Assembly: GCA_900617105.1 (NCBI GenBank)
Contig: UYFQ01000442.1
Span: forward strand, 1 to 40,342
Direction of reading: 5' to 3'
From: Hydrurus foetidus
Taxonomy: Eukaryota
DNA: 40,342 bases
Position 1 is the first letter of the stretch. Every line of letters starts with the position of its first letter. Shown here piece after piece: positions 12,902-25,513 of this stretch. Both the position numbers and the translations under genes were made by a program. The notes beneath the pieces are model-generated. The model saw nothing but the letters and a program-made list of their open reading frames with translations. It ran no database searches and was not told where the DNA came from.

Positions 12902-13342
12902 CCTTGCAACGCTTTTGCAACTTCTAGCTAATCTATCTAAGGATGACTGTCGTTTATGTTGGAAATCTGGGCGATTTACACGGAATTTCTTCCGAGTTCC
13001 CAAACGATCCCTGCACTTCCGACTGCTAGCAACGCTCGCTCAAAAGAGAAGAAGACGTTCTATTCGGTAAGTTGGATTAAACGACAGTGACATGCTGTCG
13101 ATTACATCTAGGTAGCATAACATGAGTGCGAGGGTTGCAGTCAATGTTATCGCTGAATGTACGTACACCCGTGCATGAAAACTATCATATATCACACAGG
13201 GTACAAGATCCTAGTCTAATCCGGATATCACAACAGGTTACATTAGCGTGTTTGCGTTTTCCGTTTTTTTAAAGTTATTTCCGTCCAAAATTCCTTCCGA
13301 ATATTTCAGCGAATTTTTGACAGAATTGGGGGATAAACCTAA

Positions 13343-13880
13343 GGCTGCAATTTATGGCAACGGAAAACGGCCATACGTTCAAGAAAGCCGTGAAGTTTCT
13401 TCCGTAAAAAGTTGATTCATGGGGGATTCCTGAAAAATTCCTACGCTTTTCAACTCCGCTTCTTCAAATCTTCCACGTGTAAAACGAGTTTATTCCGTGG
13501 ACTATTTGAGGCACCCGAGAAAGGAATTGAGGCGACGTTGCACTTTTTATTTCACATCGGCAGCAGAACACATCATCGCAATGGCTGAAGAAGCGGCAAC
13601 TCGAATGGGTAGAGTATCAAGAGGAATCGGAGAGTCGTACACGCTACTCCTTCTCCTTCAAATAATTGCCTAGCACACTCGTTAATGATGATCGCTAGAG
13701 GTTTAGTAACGGTCACAGAAGGTAGTTTTCAATGGAGAATTAATTTTTGAACTTTTGAAATTTTGAATTATTACGTACACTCTACACCTAAAACCATGAA
13801 GCGAGTCAAAATGTACATACGGGTAAACTTCACGGCTTTCTTGAACGTATGGCCGTTTTCCGTTGCCATGAATTGCAGCC
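13343..13880. mobile_element. Tourist/PIF-Harbinger-type MITE with 56-bp TIRs and TAA TSD
   Basis: 13343-13398 is the reverse complement of 13825-13880 (1 mismatch); TAA at 13340-13342 and 13881-13883. Confidence 0.93.
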
Positions 13881-14328
13881 TAAGGGTCGTATTCCATCAC
13901 AAAAAAAAAATACGAAAAATAGGAGATTTCGAAATACGAGATCCCGAAAATGAAATACGAAGCCCTTCGAATTTCGTCGAAACTCGTTTTGCAATTTTTT
14001 TTGGGTGGTGAAAAAAATCTCGTATTTCGAAATCTCGTATTTTTCGGAGAAATACGAAAATACGAAGCTGGAAAGTTCGTTTTACATATTATCTGGATTT
14101 GAAAGTATCTTCCATCGTGATACGAAATAAAACGAAGAAAAACGTACGAATACGACCTCTCATAAACCGTATAAAATTATTGTTAATAATTGTGAGCAGC
14201 AATTATTGTTTTGACAGACTTGCTGCAGCACGTAGCTTCACATCCATCTCGAACAACTCTCATCATCACTCAAAGTTTTTCCTTGTCACAGAAAGATTTC
14301 TTGTCGATGAGGGCGACTTTATCTTTAT

Positions 14329-17090
14329 AAAGTCCGGTGCATTGAATGTGGAGCTGATTCCACCGACACAATAGTCGATGGCAGATGGTGGGGCGATGGG
14401 ATTATGCTCGGAGATTGAACGACGTGGACATCTCCCACAAGCTAACTGCGAAAATTCGCTGATGGCGACTTCCTTTCTACAGCAGAAAGTCCGGTGCATT
14501 GAATGTGGAGCTGATTCCACCGACACAATAGTCGATGGCAGATGGTGGGGCGATGGGATTATGCTCGGAGATTGAACGACGTGGACATCTCCCACAAGCT
14601 AACTGCGAAAATTCGCTGATGGCGACTTCCTTTTTACAGCAGAAAGTCCGGTGCATTGAATGTGGAGCTGATTCAGTCGGCTCAATAGTCGGTGGCTGCT
14701 TACGAGGCTATGGGATTATGTTGCTTCGATTCTGAGAGTGACCGACGTGAACATCTCCCACAAGCTAACTGCGAAAATTCGCTGATGGCGACTTCCTTTC
14801 TACAGCAGAAAGTCCGGTGCATTGAATGTGGTGCTGATTCCATCGGCTCAATAGTCGATGGCTGCTTACGAGGCTATGGGATTATGTTGCTTCGGAGAGT
14901 GACCGACGTGAACATCTCCTACAAGCTAACGGCGACAATTCGCTGATGGCGACTTCCTTTCTACAGCAGAAAGTCCGGTGCATTGAATGTGGAGCTGATT
15001 CCACCGGCTCAATAGTCGATGGCTGCTTACGAGGCTATGGGATTATGTTGCTTCGGAGATTGACCGACGTGAACATCTCCTACAAGCTAACTGCGAAAAT
15101 TCGCTGATGGCGACTTCCTTTCTACAGCAGAAAGTCCGGTGCATTGAATGTGGTGCTGATTCAGTCGGCTCAATAGTCGATGGCTGCTTACGAGGCTATG
15201 GGATTATGCTCGGAGATTGAACGACGTGAACATCTCCTACAAGCTAACTGCGAAAATTCGCTGATGGCGACTTCCTTTCTACAGCAGGAAGTCCGGTGCA
15301 TTGAATGTGGTGCTGATTCCATCGGCTCAATAGTCGATGGCTGCTTACGAGGCTATGGGATTATGTTTGGAGTGACCGACGTGAACATCTCCTACAAGCT
15401 AACGGCGACAATTCGCTGATGGCGACTTCCTTTCTACAGCAGAAAGTCCGGTGCATTGAATGTGGTGCTGATTCAGTCGGCTCAATAGTCGATGGCTGCT
15501 TACGAGGCTATGGGATTATGTTGCTTCGATTCTGAGTGACCGACGTGAACATCTCCTACAAGCTAACGGCGAAAATTCGCTGATGGCGACTTCCTTTCTA
15601 CAGCAGGAAGTCCGGTGCATTGAATGTGGTGCTGATTCACCGGCTCAATAGTCGATGGCTGCTTACGAGGCTATGGGATTATGCTCGGAGATTGAACGAC
15701 GTGGACATCTCCTACAAGCTAACGGCGAAATTCGCTGATGGCGACTTCCTTTCTACAGCAGGAAGTCCGGTGCATTGAATGTGGTGCTGATTCAGTCGGC
15801 TCAATAGTCGATGGCTGCTTACGAGGCTATGGGATTATGTTGCTTCGATTCTGAGAGTGAACGACGTGGACATCTCCCACAAGCTAACGGCGAAAATTCG
15901 CTGATGGCGACTTCCTTTTTACAGCAGAAAGTCCGGTGCATTGAATGTGGAGCTGATTCAGTCGGCTCAATAGTCGGTGGCTGCTTACGAGGCTATGGGA
16001 TTATGTTGCTTCGATTCTGAGAGTGACCGACGTGAACATCTCCCACAAGCTAACTGCGAAAATTCGCTGATGGCGACTTCCTTTCTACAGCAGAAAGTCC
16101 GGTGCATTGAATGTGGAGCTGATTCCACCGACACAATAGTCGATGGCAGATGGTGGGGCGATGGGATTATGCTCGGAGATTGAACGACGTGGACATCTCC
16201 CACAAGCTAACTGCGAAAATTCGCTGATGGCGACTTCCTTTCTACAGCAGAAAGTCCGGTGCATTGAATGTGGAGCTGATTCAGTCGGCTCAATAGTCGG
16301 TGGCTGCTTACGAGGCTATGGGATTATGTTGCTTCGATTCTGAGAGTGACCGACGTGAACATCTCCCACAAGCTAACTGCGAAAATTCGCTGATGGCGAC
16401 TTCCTTTCTACAGCAGAAAGTCCGGTGCATTGAATGTGGAGCTGATTCAATCGGCTCAATAGTCGGTGGCTGCTTACGAGGCTATGGGATTATGTTGCTT
16501 CGATTCTGAGAGTGACCGACGTGAACATCTCCCACAAGCTAACTGCGAAAATTCGCTGATGGCGACTTCCTTTCTACAGCAGAAAGTCCGGTGCATTGAA
16601 TGTGGAGCTGATTCAATCGGCTCAATAGTCGGTGGCTGCTTACGAGGCTATGGGATTATGTTGCTTCGATTCTGAGAGTGACCGACGTGAACATCTCCCA
16701 CAAGCTAACTGCGAAAATTCGCTGATGGCGACTTCCTTTCTACAGCAGAAAGTCCGGTGCATTGAATGTGGAGCTGATTCAGTCGGCTCAATAGTCGGTG
16801 GCTGCTTACGAGGCTATGGGATTATGTTGCTTCGATTCTGAGAGTGACCGACGTGAACATCTCCTACAAGCTAACTGCGAAAATTCGCTGATGGCGACTT
16901 CCTTTCTACAGCAGAAAGTCCGGTGCATTGAATGTGGAGCTGATTCAATCGGCTCAATAGTCGGTGGCTGCTTACGAGGCTATGGGATTATGTTGCTTCG
17001 ATTCTGAGAGTGACCGACGTGAACATCTCCCACAAGCTAACTGCGAAAATTCGCTGATGGCGACTTCCTTTCTACAGCAGAAAGTCCGGT
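14329..17090. repeat. Tandem array, 17 units of ~155-166 bp
   Basis: AAGTCCGGTGCATTGAATGTGG recurs at 14329, 14486, 14643, 14809 ... 16915, with a partial start at 17081. Units are 157-bp and 166-bp variants plus mosaics. Confidence 0.97.
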
Positions 17091-17631
17091 ATACATAGAA
17101 GACCGAACTTATATCAGTGATATTAAATCTTGCGCTGGTGGCGCCTGCAGAGAGACATGCGTTGAAAAGTGCTCAAGTGATACAGTTGACTCGGAGTTTG
17201 TACAGATCATACCGGAAGAAGCGGTTAAATCGGCCTAACACTCTGGGAAGTAAAACACTATTTATTTGGTGCGCAATCATATTAACCTGTGAGAGTTGTA
17301 GATGTCCGGTAACTCACTGTTAGCGTAGAAAATACATCTACTGTGTTCATAGGCCTCAAGTTTGTCAATTTCATTTTGAATCACGGTGATATTAGTGCAC
17401 ACATTATAACTAATCATAACTTATACAGAGCAATTGATTGAATGTCTTCCTATTCTTTGGAGGATTAATCTATTAAATGCAAATTTTAATTTCTCCTTCA
17501 ATTTTAGCCTCAGCAATGCTGTATTTGACACAATTCGTCCTATCTAATGTAGTATCTTCTCGCATACTATCAGTGGGGACAATAATGTCTTTCATAGGCA
17601 AATTTGCAATTCTAATATTGATTCCTTCCTG

Positions 17632-19029
17632 TTGTTTTTGTTAAATTTGCTGTTCCTTAATTCAGTTAGCAAGTGGGAGAAAAAAGCTCTCGGCAAAATC
17701 CCTCAAGGACATCCCGTTTCGAAGATGCATCCAGAAAACATCGATACACCTCTTGAAGTCAACCACAATGTAATCAAACACACCGGCATGATAACGAAGA
17801 GCTATCTGTTGTCTCATCCTGAGATTCTCTCTGAGATCTTGAAGGATGAGATTGAAAATGATGGTACTGCTAAAGGGCGACACGATACTTTTTCGAATCG
17901 AAGGGCAGCCCCTAGACAAAGGAACCGCGGATATGCGTTGGAGGAAATGGAGCATCTTACTGACAAGGAATTTCAAAGGATGTTCCGATTAAACCGAATA
18001 GCGTTCTATTGGTTGCTTTCGAAAATCTATCACGATATTTCATCCATCGCTTCGCTCCGTCAAAAAGTACAAATTGAGCGAAATATCTCGGCGGCAACTA
18101 AACTAGCCGTCACGATGCGTTGGCTAGCAGGAGGTTCTTATCTGGATATTTGTTTTGCTTTTAGAATAGCTGTGGGGACTTTCTACAAATCTAGCGGTAT
18201 ACTTTGGGGAACTATGGAAGCAATCAACAAGGTGTTAAGTATCGGCTTTCCGCTGCATGACATGGCAAAATTAGAGGAAATTTTCAAAGGTTTCTCCGAA
18301 TTTAGTCATGGGCGCATGAAAGGGTGTGTGATGGCTATGGACGGGTGGGTCTTGAAAAGGCGCTGTCCAAGTCCTCATGAAGTTCAAAATCAGATTTGTT
18401 ACAGAAACCGGAAAGGAGTATGGGGAATGGTGATCTTTGCCGGCTGTGATCACAAGTGTTACTTTACGATGTTTTCATCAGAATGTCCAGGGTCAACAAA
18501 CAATTGCATAGCATGGGAACTTACAGATCTTTTCCAATCAGTTGTTGTGAGAAATCATCTACCTGGGCAATACTTCTTCATCTGTAACGAAGCAGTATCT
18601 GCCAATGAGTGTGTACTTTCACCGTACGGAGGAAGGAACATCGGACCGTGGAGAGATTCGTTCAACTACCATCTTTCGGCGATGCGACAAACAATAGAAA
18701 GATCATTCGGTTTACTGACAAAAAAATTCGGGATATTTGCAGGGCCATTACAATGTGATTATGGAAGGTGGAATTTCATTGCAATAGTCTGTGCAAAGCT
18801 TCACAATCTTTGTATCGACTTTGGTGTCGGGGATACATCTGGAGTGCCAGAAGATTACGCTGAAGGAGATTCTGCCGAAGTTTTCATGAACTCATACCAG
18901 GAGGATAATGTCAGTACATGGCCAACTAATAGTGACAATAGCAGCATAAAGAGTAATCAAATTTGTGAAATCTTAAAACAACAGGGCTACTGCAGGCCAA
19001 CTCATGCAAGATGCAACAGCAAAGCATAA
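17632..19029 (+). CDS. PIF/Harbinger (HARBI1-like, DDE_Tnp_4) transposase, probably inactive; true start likely further downstream
   Basis: FQRMFRL, KLAVTMRWLAGGSY, MAMDG, YRNRKG, PGSTN, FNYHLSAMRQTIERSFGLL, LHNLC. Confidence 0.92.
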   Translation: MFLLNLLFLNSVSKWEKKALGKIPQGHPVSKMHPENIDTPLEVNHNVIKHTGMITKSYLLSHPEILSEILKDEIENDGTAKGRHDTFSNRRAAPRQRNRGYALEEMEHLTDKEFQRMFRLNRIAFYWLLSKIYHDISSIASLRQKVQIERNISAATKLAVTMRWLAGGSYLDICFAFRIAVGTFYKSSGILWGTMEAINKVLSIGFPLHDMAKLEEIFKGFSEFSHGRMKGCVMAMDGWVLKRRCPSPHEVQNQICYRNRKGVWGMVIFAGCDHKCYFTMFSSECPGSTNNCIAWELTDLFQSVVVRNHLPGQYFFICNEAVSANECVLSPYGGRNIGPWRDSFNYHLSAMRQTIERSFGLLTKKFGIFAGPLQCDYGRWNFIAIVCAKLHNLCIDFGVGDTSGVPEDYAEGDSAEVFMNSYQEDNVSTWPTNSDNSSIKSNQICEILKQQGYCRPTHARCNSKA

Positions 19030-19035
19030 ATATGA

Positions 19036-20760
19036 TCAAAATGGTGGGGAGAAGCTCTCGGCTCTGTTCTGAAGATTTTCTAGACGACTCCTCTTGATTG
19101 CTTGCATGTCCTTCAACATATTTAATGCCATAGCTTTCATCTCATCTGTAGTTAATGGTATTTCAAGGATTAACTTAGCAAATTCTATATTGTCTTTTTC
19201 AGATTCCTGGAGAGCAGATAATGAATTGTTGTCATACTTTTTTCCACCTTCATCTCTGATCTCCAACACTATCATTTTCTCGTGTGACTTTTGTTCACTG
19301 TGATTCGGTGATGATCTTTTCTTCTTAATTATCGTAGAGCTGTTACCAGTATTCGGATTTTCTCCTTCCACTCCTGTGTCGCACTGCGACTCTTCACAAC
19401 ACACTTTGCCCAGTAAACCTACCATTTCATCACAATGATCGAAGACAATGAACGCGTACAAGACAATGGTATCTCCACCGAAAAACTTCATAAATTCGGC
19501 TACTGGATCTTCAGCATCATGATCACCGCTCTGATATCGGTACCTCTCGTACACTTTAGTCCATGCACCTTTGAACTCCCTCAGCACTTTTTTAATCCAT
19601 TCTCCTCCTCTTTCAGGACGACTACCATTGCAGGGGTCTATACTCCCGCAGAAAGGTAAGGCAGCACCCTCACCATTGCACGCATTCTAAAATCTCGCTC
19701 CTGAACAAAGTTACAGATGATCTAGATTAACAACGTTCTATAAAATATCATAGGAACACTTATTTCTCACCTTCATAGTCATTGAATGATTCTGCAAGAT
19801 CGTTCCAATGTTCTCCATGACATGCTTTATCATCTAACTCAGCACGGTTCATCACTTGGTGTGCTGAAGTGAATTTGGAGCTGAATGCAGGCGAGTTGAG
19901 CATGTGTATGAGCCTAGCTTTGTCGTCTTTATTGGTGTTTTGTGTCGAAAATGGAGCAACTTCAGTACTTTGAACTCCGGCTGCTTTCGGCTTACTAGTC
20001 TCAATACCTTGAATCATTGAGAATTGCTCTTCAGAAGTCAGCTTACCCCATGCAGCGTGGCAAGATGCACGCTGGGACTCTCTCATCTTATCCCATTTGT
20101 TCCTCGACCAATACGCCTTAACGTCAGCCTTGAATATGACTGCTAGCTTTGTGATCACTTCCTTGGCGTTGGTTGTAAAGATTTGATGATAGTCCGCCGC
20201 ATCTATATCACTGGAAAGAACGTTCTCGTTGCCATCTTCTTCGGTCATAGTAACAATGCTGTTTGTCTCCTCTTCACGAATTGGGGTGTCGCACAGAGAC
20301 TCGTTCGCAGTGAAACCGATTTCCTCTTCCTCATTTTCACCGTCAGACCCTGATCTCTCAAACCCGTCTGCATCCTTCGCTGCATCTTCTGCTTCCTGTT
20401 CTTGGATATCAAGTTTCTCGTGGAAGATTGCTTCCGTCATCTATGATTTCACGGAGTTTTTAGGGTTGTAAATTAAACTGACTATTTGAGAGAAGTTGCA
20501 GCCATGCTCATTTTGAAGTCGAGAAGATGAGATGCACCGAGCAGCCACATTCCCTCTTCCAGCCAGACTCATCAGTCGTTGATAGCCCGCAGTAGAAGTG
20601 CATTTTCTTCTTACAGTGAATGCATTTCGAGGGTATATTGGGATCGACATTGAATCGACACGTTGGACAATTGCTACTCCGCTGCTTCTGTTTTTTCACT
20701 TGGGCAGAAACGTTTCCTCAAATTGCAACGAAGGGTTTTATGCACTGCGGAGGAATTCCT
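19036..20760 (-). pseudogene. Harbinger accessory gene (PHD-like finger, acidic linker, possible Myb/trihelix-like region); spliced/degenerate
   Basis: Fragments 20508-20699, 19760-20440 and 19036-19587; GAAG|GTGAG donor at 19770; tail-to-tail with the transposase. Confidence 0.6.
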
Positions 20761-21498
20761 AGCAGAGAATTCAGCAGCACCGAGGCACTCTTCACATTTT
20801 GGATTGATCTCGTAAGTGCTTCGTATCCTGGAAATGCACTACGAAATACGAGCGACTTCGTATTTCGTCGTTTGTGGTTCGTAAATTATTTTTGAGTGCT
20901 GAATGTATTTTTTTTAGTGAGTGAGTCACTAACAATTGTCTGCTTCAATTTTTATCCAGAAAAATGTCTTCGGACACTGTCGATGGGGTTGAGATGCTGA
21001 GCATATTTAAGGCTTGCCTTGACCTGAAATTTCATGATTCTGTCAGCGAATCACCCACCTCCATCAATCGGATTAACGAGTGTTTGCTCACAGAGGTTCT
21101 TCAATTGCATACCGGTCCCCAATCAGAAGCAGTCTTGATGCTGGTGGGTCCATTTTTGAGATCTCTCAACAACCGCCGTGAACTTGTGCTGAGCTCTCAC
21201 AGGATATCTTTCGCGAGAGGAGGCAACGCATCAAAGCTTAGGGTCTCATTTGAGATTGGAAATTGGTTCAGAGTCGATGAAGTTTGATGTAGAATATTTG
21301 ACTTCGATCGTGCTTGACATTTCCATGGGAAAAAAAAAGTCATGTTGAACACTCCATCAAAGCTCCAAGGAATATCTAACGTAAGTAAAAATTGAGATGT
21401 TTCTATAAATGCAATTGATTATATTCGTTGTTACTACTTTGCGACACAAATTAAACATTTTTTACTGATGTCCTCTCAGTGATTATTTCAATTTTCAA

Positions 21499-22533
21499 CT
21501 ATTTATCAGTGTTTTTATCATCTTTTTTAGCTCTATGTACTGTAAATTTTGTATGCATTTTGGATTCTCTGAATGCATTTTGTACATTAGTTGAATTCAT
21601 TATGATTTGTTTGACTTTATTCACCGCTTCATCACAATTAAACAAAATCAATACATCGGTGGTCAACGATTGCATGTATATACTCTGAATAATTTTTATA
21701 AAAATGTAATTTCCAACTCTAGGGAAATACAGACCCTCAGAGTGCTGCCGAAAAAGGAGGTAACGCGCAGGCATGTCGTCCGATAATGCAGAAGATCCTA
21801 AATCATAGCAAGATTACGTGTAGTATTCGTGAAATACGTCTCGGAAATCGTTGCACAACCGATTATACTTTAATACGTTGAATATTCTGTAACCGCAAAG
21901 ATAGCCTGTTATATCATAGATCTTTTCTTTCATTGCTTCTGAGTACTCATATGTTGTATCGTTTTCTCTCTCTTCTATGAAATTAGACCAGTGCTGCTTC
22001 TTCTCTGTCATAACCCATTTCCAGAAATTTTCTGATAAATAAAGCTCCAATGATCCATACAATATGTTGCTTTCTTCAGAAGTGCTGTCGCTCTCATAAT
22101 CGACAGCCATGTCGAAAGTATCTTTGATACAGGCCAGACAGCTGAACTTCTTCCTTGACTCGTCCCGTAGTTGAATTCTTTCAGATTCGAACGCTTGAAT
22201 CATCACTTTGCCAGCTCGCTGACGTTTCTCAATTGAGCGACTCGTGCCGCCAATCACGACTTTTAGGTACTGTTCAAAATAGGCAGCACAAAGGCCGTAT
22301 AGCAAGACGATGATGTCATTACTCGACTCTGGGACACTCAGGCAGCTTCTGAAAAATCCCCAAAAAATGCTTCTTCGCTGCATGTAAAAAGGGATGCATT
22401 CGAAGAGGTTTTGAACGGTACTCCTAAAGATACCATCTTCCTCTGTGAAAACCTCCATGGTCAACTTCCTCATGATGAAAAGCTGTTGATAGTCTACAAC
22501 TGAGGCAAGGCTTTGACTGAAGTTTGGTTGCAA
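21499..22533 (-). pseudogene. Unknown ORF split by one stop; possibly related to a transposase C-terminus
   Basis: The 239-aa and 91-aa ORFs share a frame. IYDITGYL...GLYFP resembles the YIAGY...GL..P pattern of P-element/THAP9-type C-termini. Confidence 0.35.
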
Positions 22534-25295
22534 GGAATTTTCTCAGGCGGGAGGGAAATGAAGAGAACCTTTCAAATAATTAGATGCAGTATAAGAATCT
22601 CGGGTATTTTGTTTTTCAAATTTTTGAGTGAGAGACATCGGAGAAAATTTTATGGGACCCAGAGGCCTCAAAGTGCCCCCTCTCCATTAATACCCCCTTG
22701 TCTATACCTATATGTTTTCTCAGATTCCAGAAATCCAACTTATTCGGTCCGTAGTTTCACGACGTGGATACCATTCCATCAACATCATAACACACCAGGT
22801 AGCCAAGTACAGCTTCCCCTGTGATGCATTCCACGCAGTACTTTTGATGTCGACTTCTCCCTTGCACTGTGGTCGTTAGAGGGCACAAGTTATTTCTGGA
22901 TTCCGACGTAATTTCATCCTGAAATCTCTTATCTCCCGGAAAGCAGCAATCTCGGACGACTTTTCGAAAGATCGAATATTCTTCAGCGCGGGACTCTTCT
23001 GTTAGATTTCTGAGAACTGAAATTGTTCATACAGGTCACTACGAACCGATTCATGAAATCTAATACGAGTTTGAAATCTTTCTCTACTCGCAATGACATG
23101 TTTTCTGATGTCGCTATTAAAAATGCACTATAGACTTAAAATGGACGCCGATGCTGTTGATTAGTCCTAGTGTGGCATCCATTGCAAATACCCTCTGGTG
23201 GTAAATGGTCGCCCGATATGCTTGCATCGGAGAGTGGCTGCACTTCGAGATGATCATCAGTCAGGTTAAAGACATCATCATCGAAAGTGGCAGCCACGCA
23301 GTCATAGGCAAGCTTCTTACCTTGGTTTTGTCCCGGAGGAGGGTTGTGTCCCTGCGGAGGGTTGTATTTACCCCTACCGCCGTACCCACAGCCCTGGTTT
23401 TGGTTTGCATTGGGGTTTTGATGGCCCCTTTGTTTTCCTCTACCACCCCCCTAGTTACCATGGTTACCATAACCAGATTGGTTTTGGGAGTTTCCCCCTT
23501 GACCCTGGTTGGAACGATCTGAACCATCCGAGGTGTTGGAGTAATTCCCAGAACCATGGCTGTTCTTGGCGCGCTTGTTGTCGTTACACATCAAGTATGG
23601 TTTAGAACCTTTGGGTTAATACTGAACTCTTTCCTCGTATCCTGGAAGGACGAGGTTCAGTTGCCATTCAGTATACCCCACCGCAGCCTAGGCCACCCCC
23701 ACTGTAGACCCCTCCCACTCAACTTGATGATTCGTGATGGAGTCGGAGTAATACAAGATGGGGCAGTCTGCCAACGTGTGCGACGTAGCTCCGCACGACC
23801 GGCACGCACGAAACATCGGTACGAGCGGTACTTCCATGGAAGTACGGACAGAGAGTCCGTGCTGCGTCGGAACGTACGAGCTAGAGGTACGCACTGTCGC
23901 AGTGACTAACCTCGACGAAGCGGAGGGTGTAGGTGAGGGTGCTTTAGCACTCGCTCTACTCGTTTCCTTTTTACCAACATCTGGTGGAGCTGCTGATGCA
24001 GGAAACGAGTAACCCGTCTCCAGGTTACCATAGCTTTTGATGAGGTTCATTATTGCCCTAGCCTCGGCAAGAACCTGACCAATGCGTAGCATAGTCGAAT
24101 ACCACGTATGAGGTGGGGTGTTATCAGCAGCTTTTGCTTTCAGGTAGTCTTGTTGAATTTGACTATCCTCAGCTAGGCGCTTCTCCAAAATCAAAATGAG
24201 CTCAGCATGCTGAGTCTCTGATCATGGTCCCTTAGACCTCTCATAAGTGCTCACAAGTTCGTTGTAACATACGAATGTGGCATTCTCATGATCGTGGTTA
24301 GCGATCTGATAATGGAAGGGAACTTGGCTAAAGCTCATTGCCAGAGTACATTCTCCCAAATCATTTGGCAAGAAGTACTTTATCATCAGTTTGGCTACCT
24401 GAAGTACTGACAATTTAGTCTGCCAATCATGGTGTAAACGTCTATCGATGATGTTAATTAAATTGTCGTGATCCTGAAATTCAGCAATTCGATTGCCTGC
24501 TTTTGCATGCAATCAGTTAGCTTCATCGATGGGTACCTCTGAGCCTGTTCGTAGAACTCAGTCGCATCAGCTTCATCAATGAAGTTATGCTTGAGAACGA
24601 ACACCTCACCCTGGAGTTGCATTGTCGAGGGGAAAGCTGGGAACAGCGAGTTCGACGATGACATAGTCGACTCGTTGAGCGCGGCTAAAACTGCCAGACG
24701 TGCAATCTCCTCCTCTTCAGGAGATGGATCAGGGTTTCGGTTAGGTGGTGATGACATGTCTAATCACTTATCGATATAAATCTCACTTAAACTCAATGAA
24801 GAGCGATAACCTCTGCCCAGAAAAATTTTCCAGAGCTTCGCCTCGTTCACGAACGAGTGCTTTAACGTTAGTAACAACGGATGAGAGAATTTCAACCAAC
24901 TCTTAAACTGAAAAGTTCTATGGCGTAAAAGCCGAATTTAGAGTGATAGAAAATTTATGGTACCTTTAAGGTAGAAGACGTTGCTCAGCGTCGACCAAAA
25001 GAAGTCTCTGGACCAATCTTATGTCTCTGGTGATGAATCTGCGATTCAATCGACCAGTGGAGCAAGCCTTTACTGACTTCTGGGAAGGATAAATCAACTT
25101 CTACCAAGAATGTCGAGTTTGGAAGAGCCCAAGCAAGGAGATTCCAAGAAAGCAGGTACTCTGAGAAACTAATTTTCTCTGAGCCAATGTCTACAAGAGA
25201 AGTCGGCTTAAAGTCGACGAACGAAAGCTTAGAAGTCGTATCAACAGGGTTGGACAAGTAGATGGACTGAGAGGTAGAAGAGAAGAGGTTGGACG

Positions 25296-25307
25296 AATAG
25301 CGCTATT
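25296..25307 (-). promoter_or_regulatory. 12-bp palindrome at the PBS position of B2
   Basis: AATAGCGCTATT. Confidence 0.85.
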
Positions 25308-25513
25308 GTAGTCCTGATAGAAGGTAGGTCGATCGAATGGAGGTGCTAGTTAGTTACAAGTCTAAGCTAGAAGCTAGGATAAACTTCTACGAGTAGGCTA
25401 GAGCTAGCTAGCAGCTGTGCTAGAGATGTATGTGTACAGTAGGCGGTAGGATCGGGTGGATCGTGACAAGGTCTGGTACGGCCCGTAGGCCCGGTATAGC
25501 CGATCCGACCACA
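25307..25513 (-). repeat. 5' LTR of B2
   Basis: TG...CA ends; homologous to 12457-12662. Confidence 0.92.

Larger units (their letters stand above)
4444..13242 (-). mobile_element. Ty1/Copia retrotransposon, interrupted by element B and cut off within RT
   Basis: gag-PR-INT-RT order on the minus strand. The 5' boundary (putative LTR/UTR ~13004-13242) is uncertain. Confidence 0.85.
13884..20890. mobile_element. PIF/Harbinger DNA transposon (probable left end after TAA; right terminus not found)
   Basis: Starts TAA|GGGTCGTATT. AATACG/CGTATT motifs cluster at 13884-14160 and again at 20840-20880. Contains a convergent transposase and accessory ORF. Confidence 0.65.
23215..25513 (-). mobile_element. 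Gypsy element B2 (B family): 5' LTR, UTR and frameshifted gag, truncated inside the gag/PR intron
   Basis: Colinear with ~10340-12662; gag pieces 24757-23300; donor CAAG|GTAAG at 23320. Confidence 0.92.

Noticed and set aside
13004..13242. Exact Copia LTR and PBS
   Set aside because: No second LTR in the window and no recognisable tRNA complement.
14458..14495. Hammerhead ribozyme in the repeat (CTGATG...GAAA)
   Set aside because: The core reads CTGATGG rather than CTGANGA, and I could not build stems I-III.
14329..17090. CRISPR array or repeated small Cys-rich genes (CIECG ORFs)
   Set aside because: No unique spacers. Most unit lengths are not multiples of 3, so the ORFs are by-products of the repeat.
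25430..25513. N-terminus of the 216-aa ORF
   Set aside because: Derived from the B2 LTR; transposase-like sequence starts at 25514.
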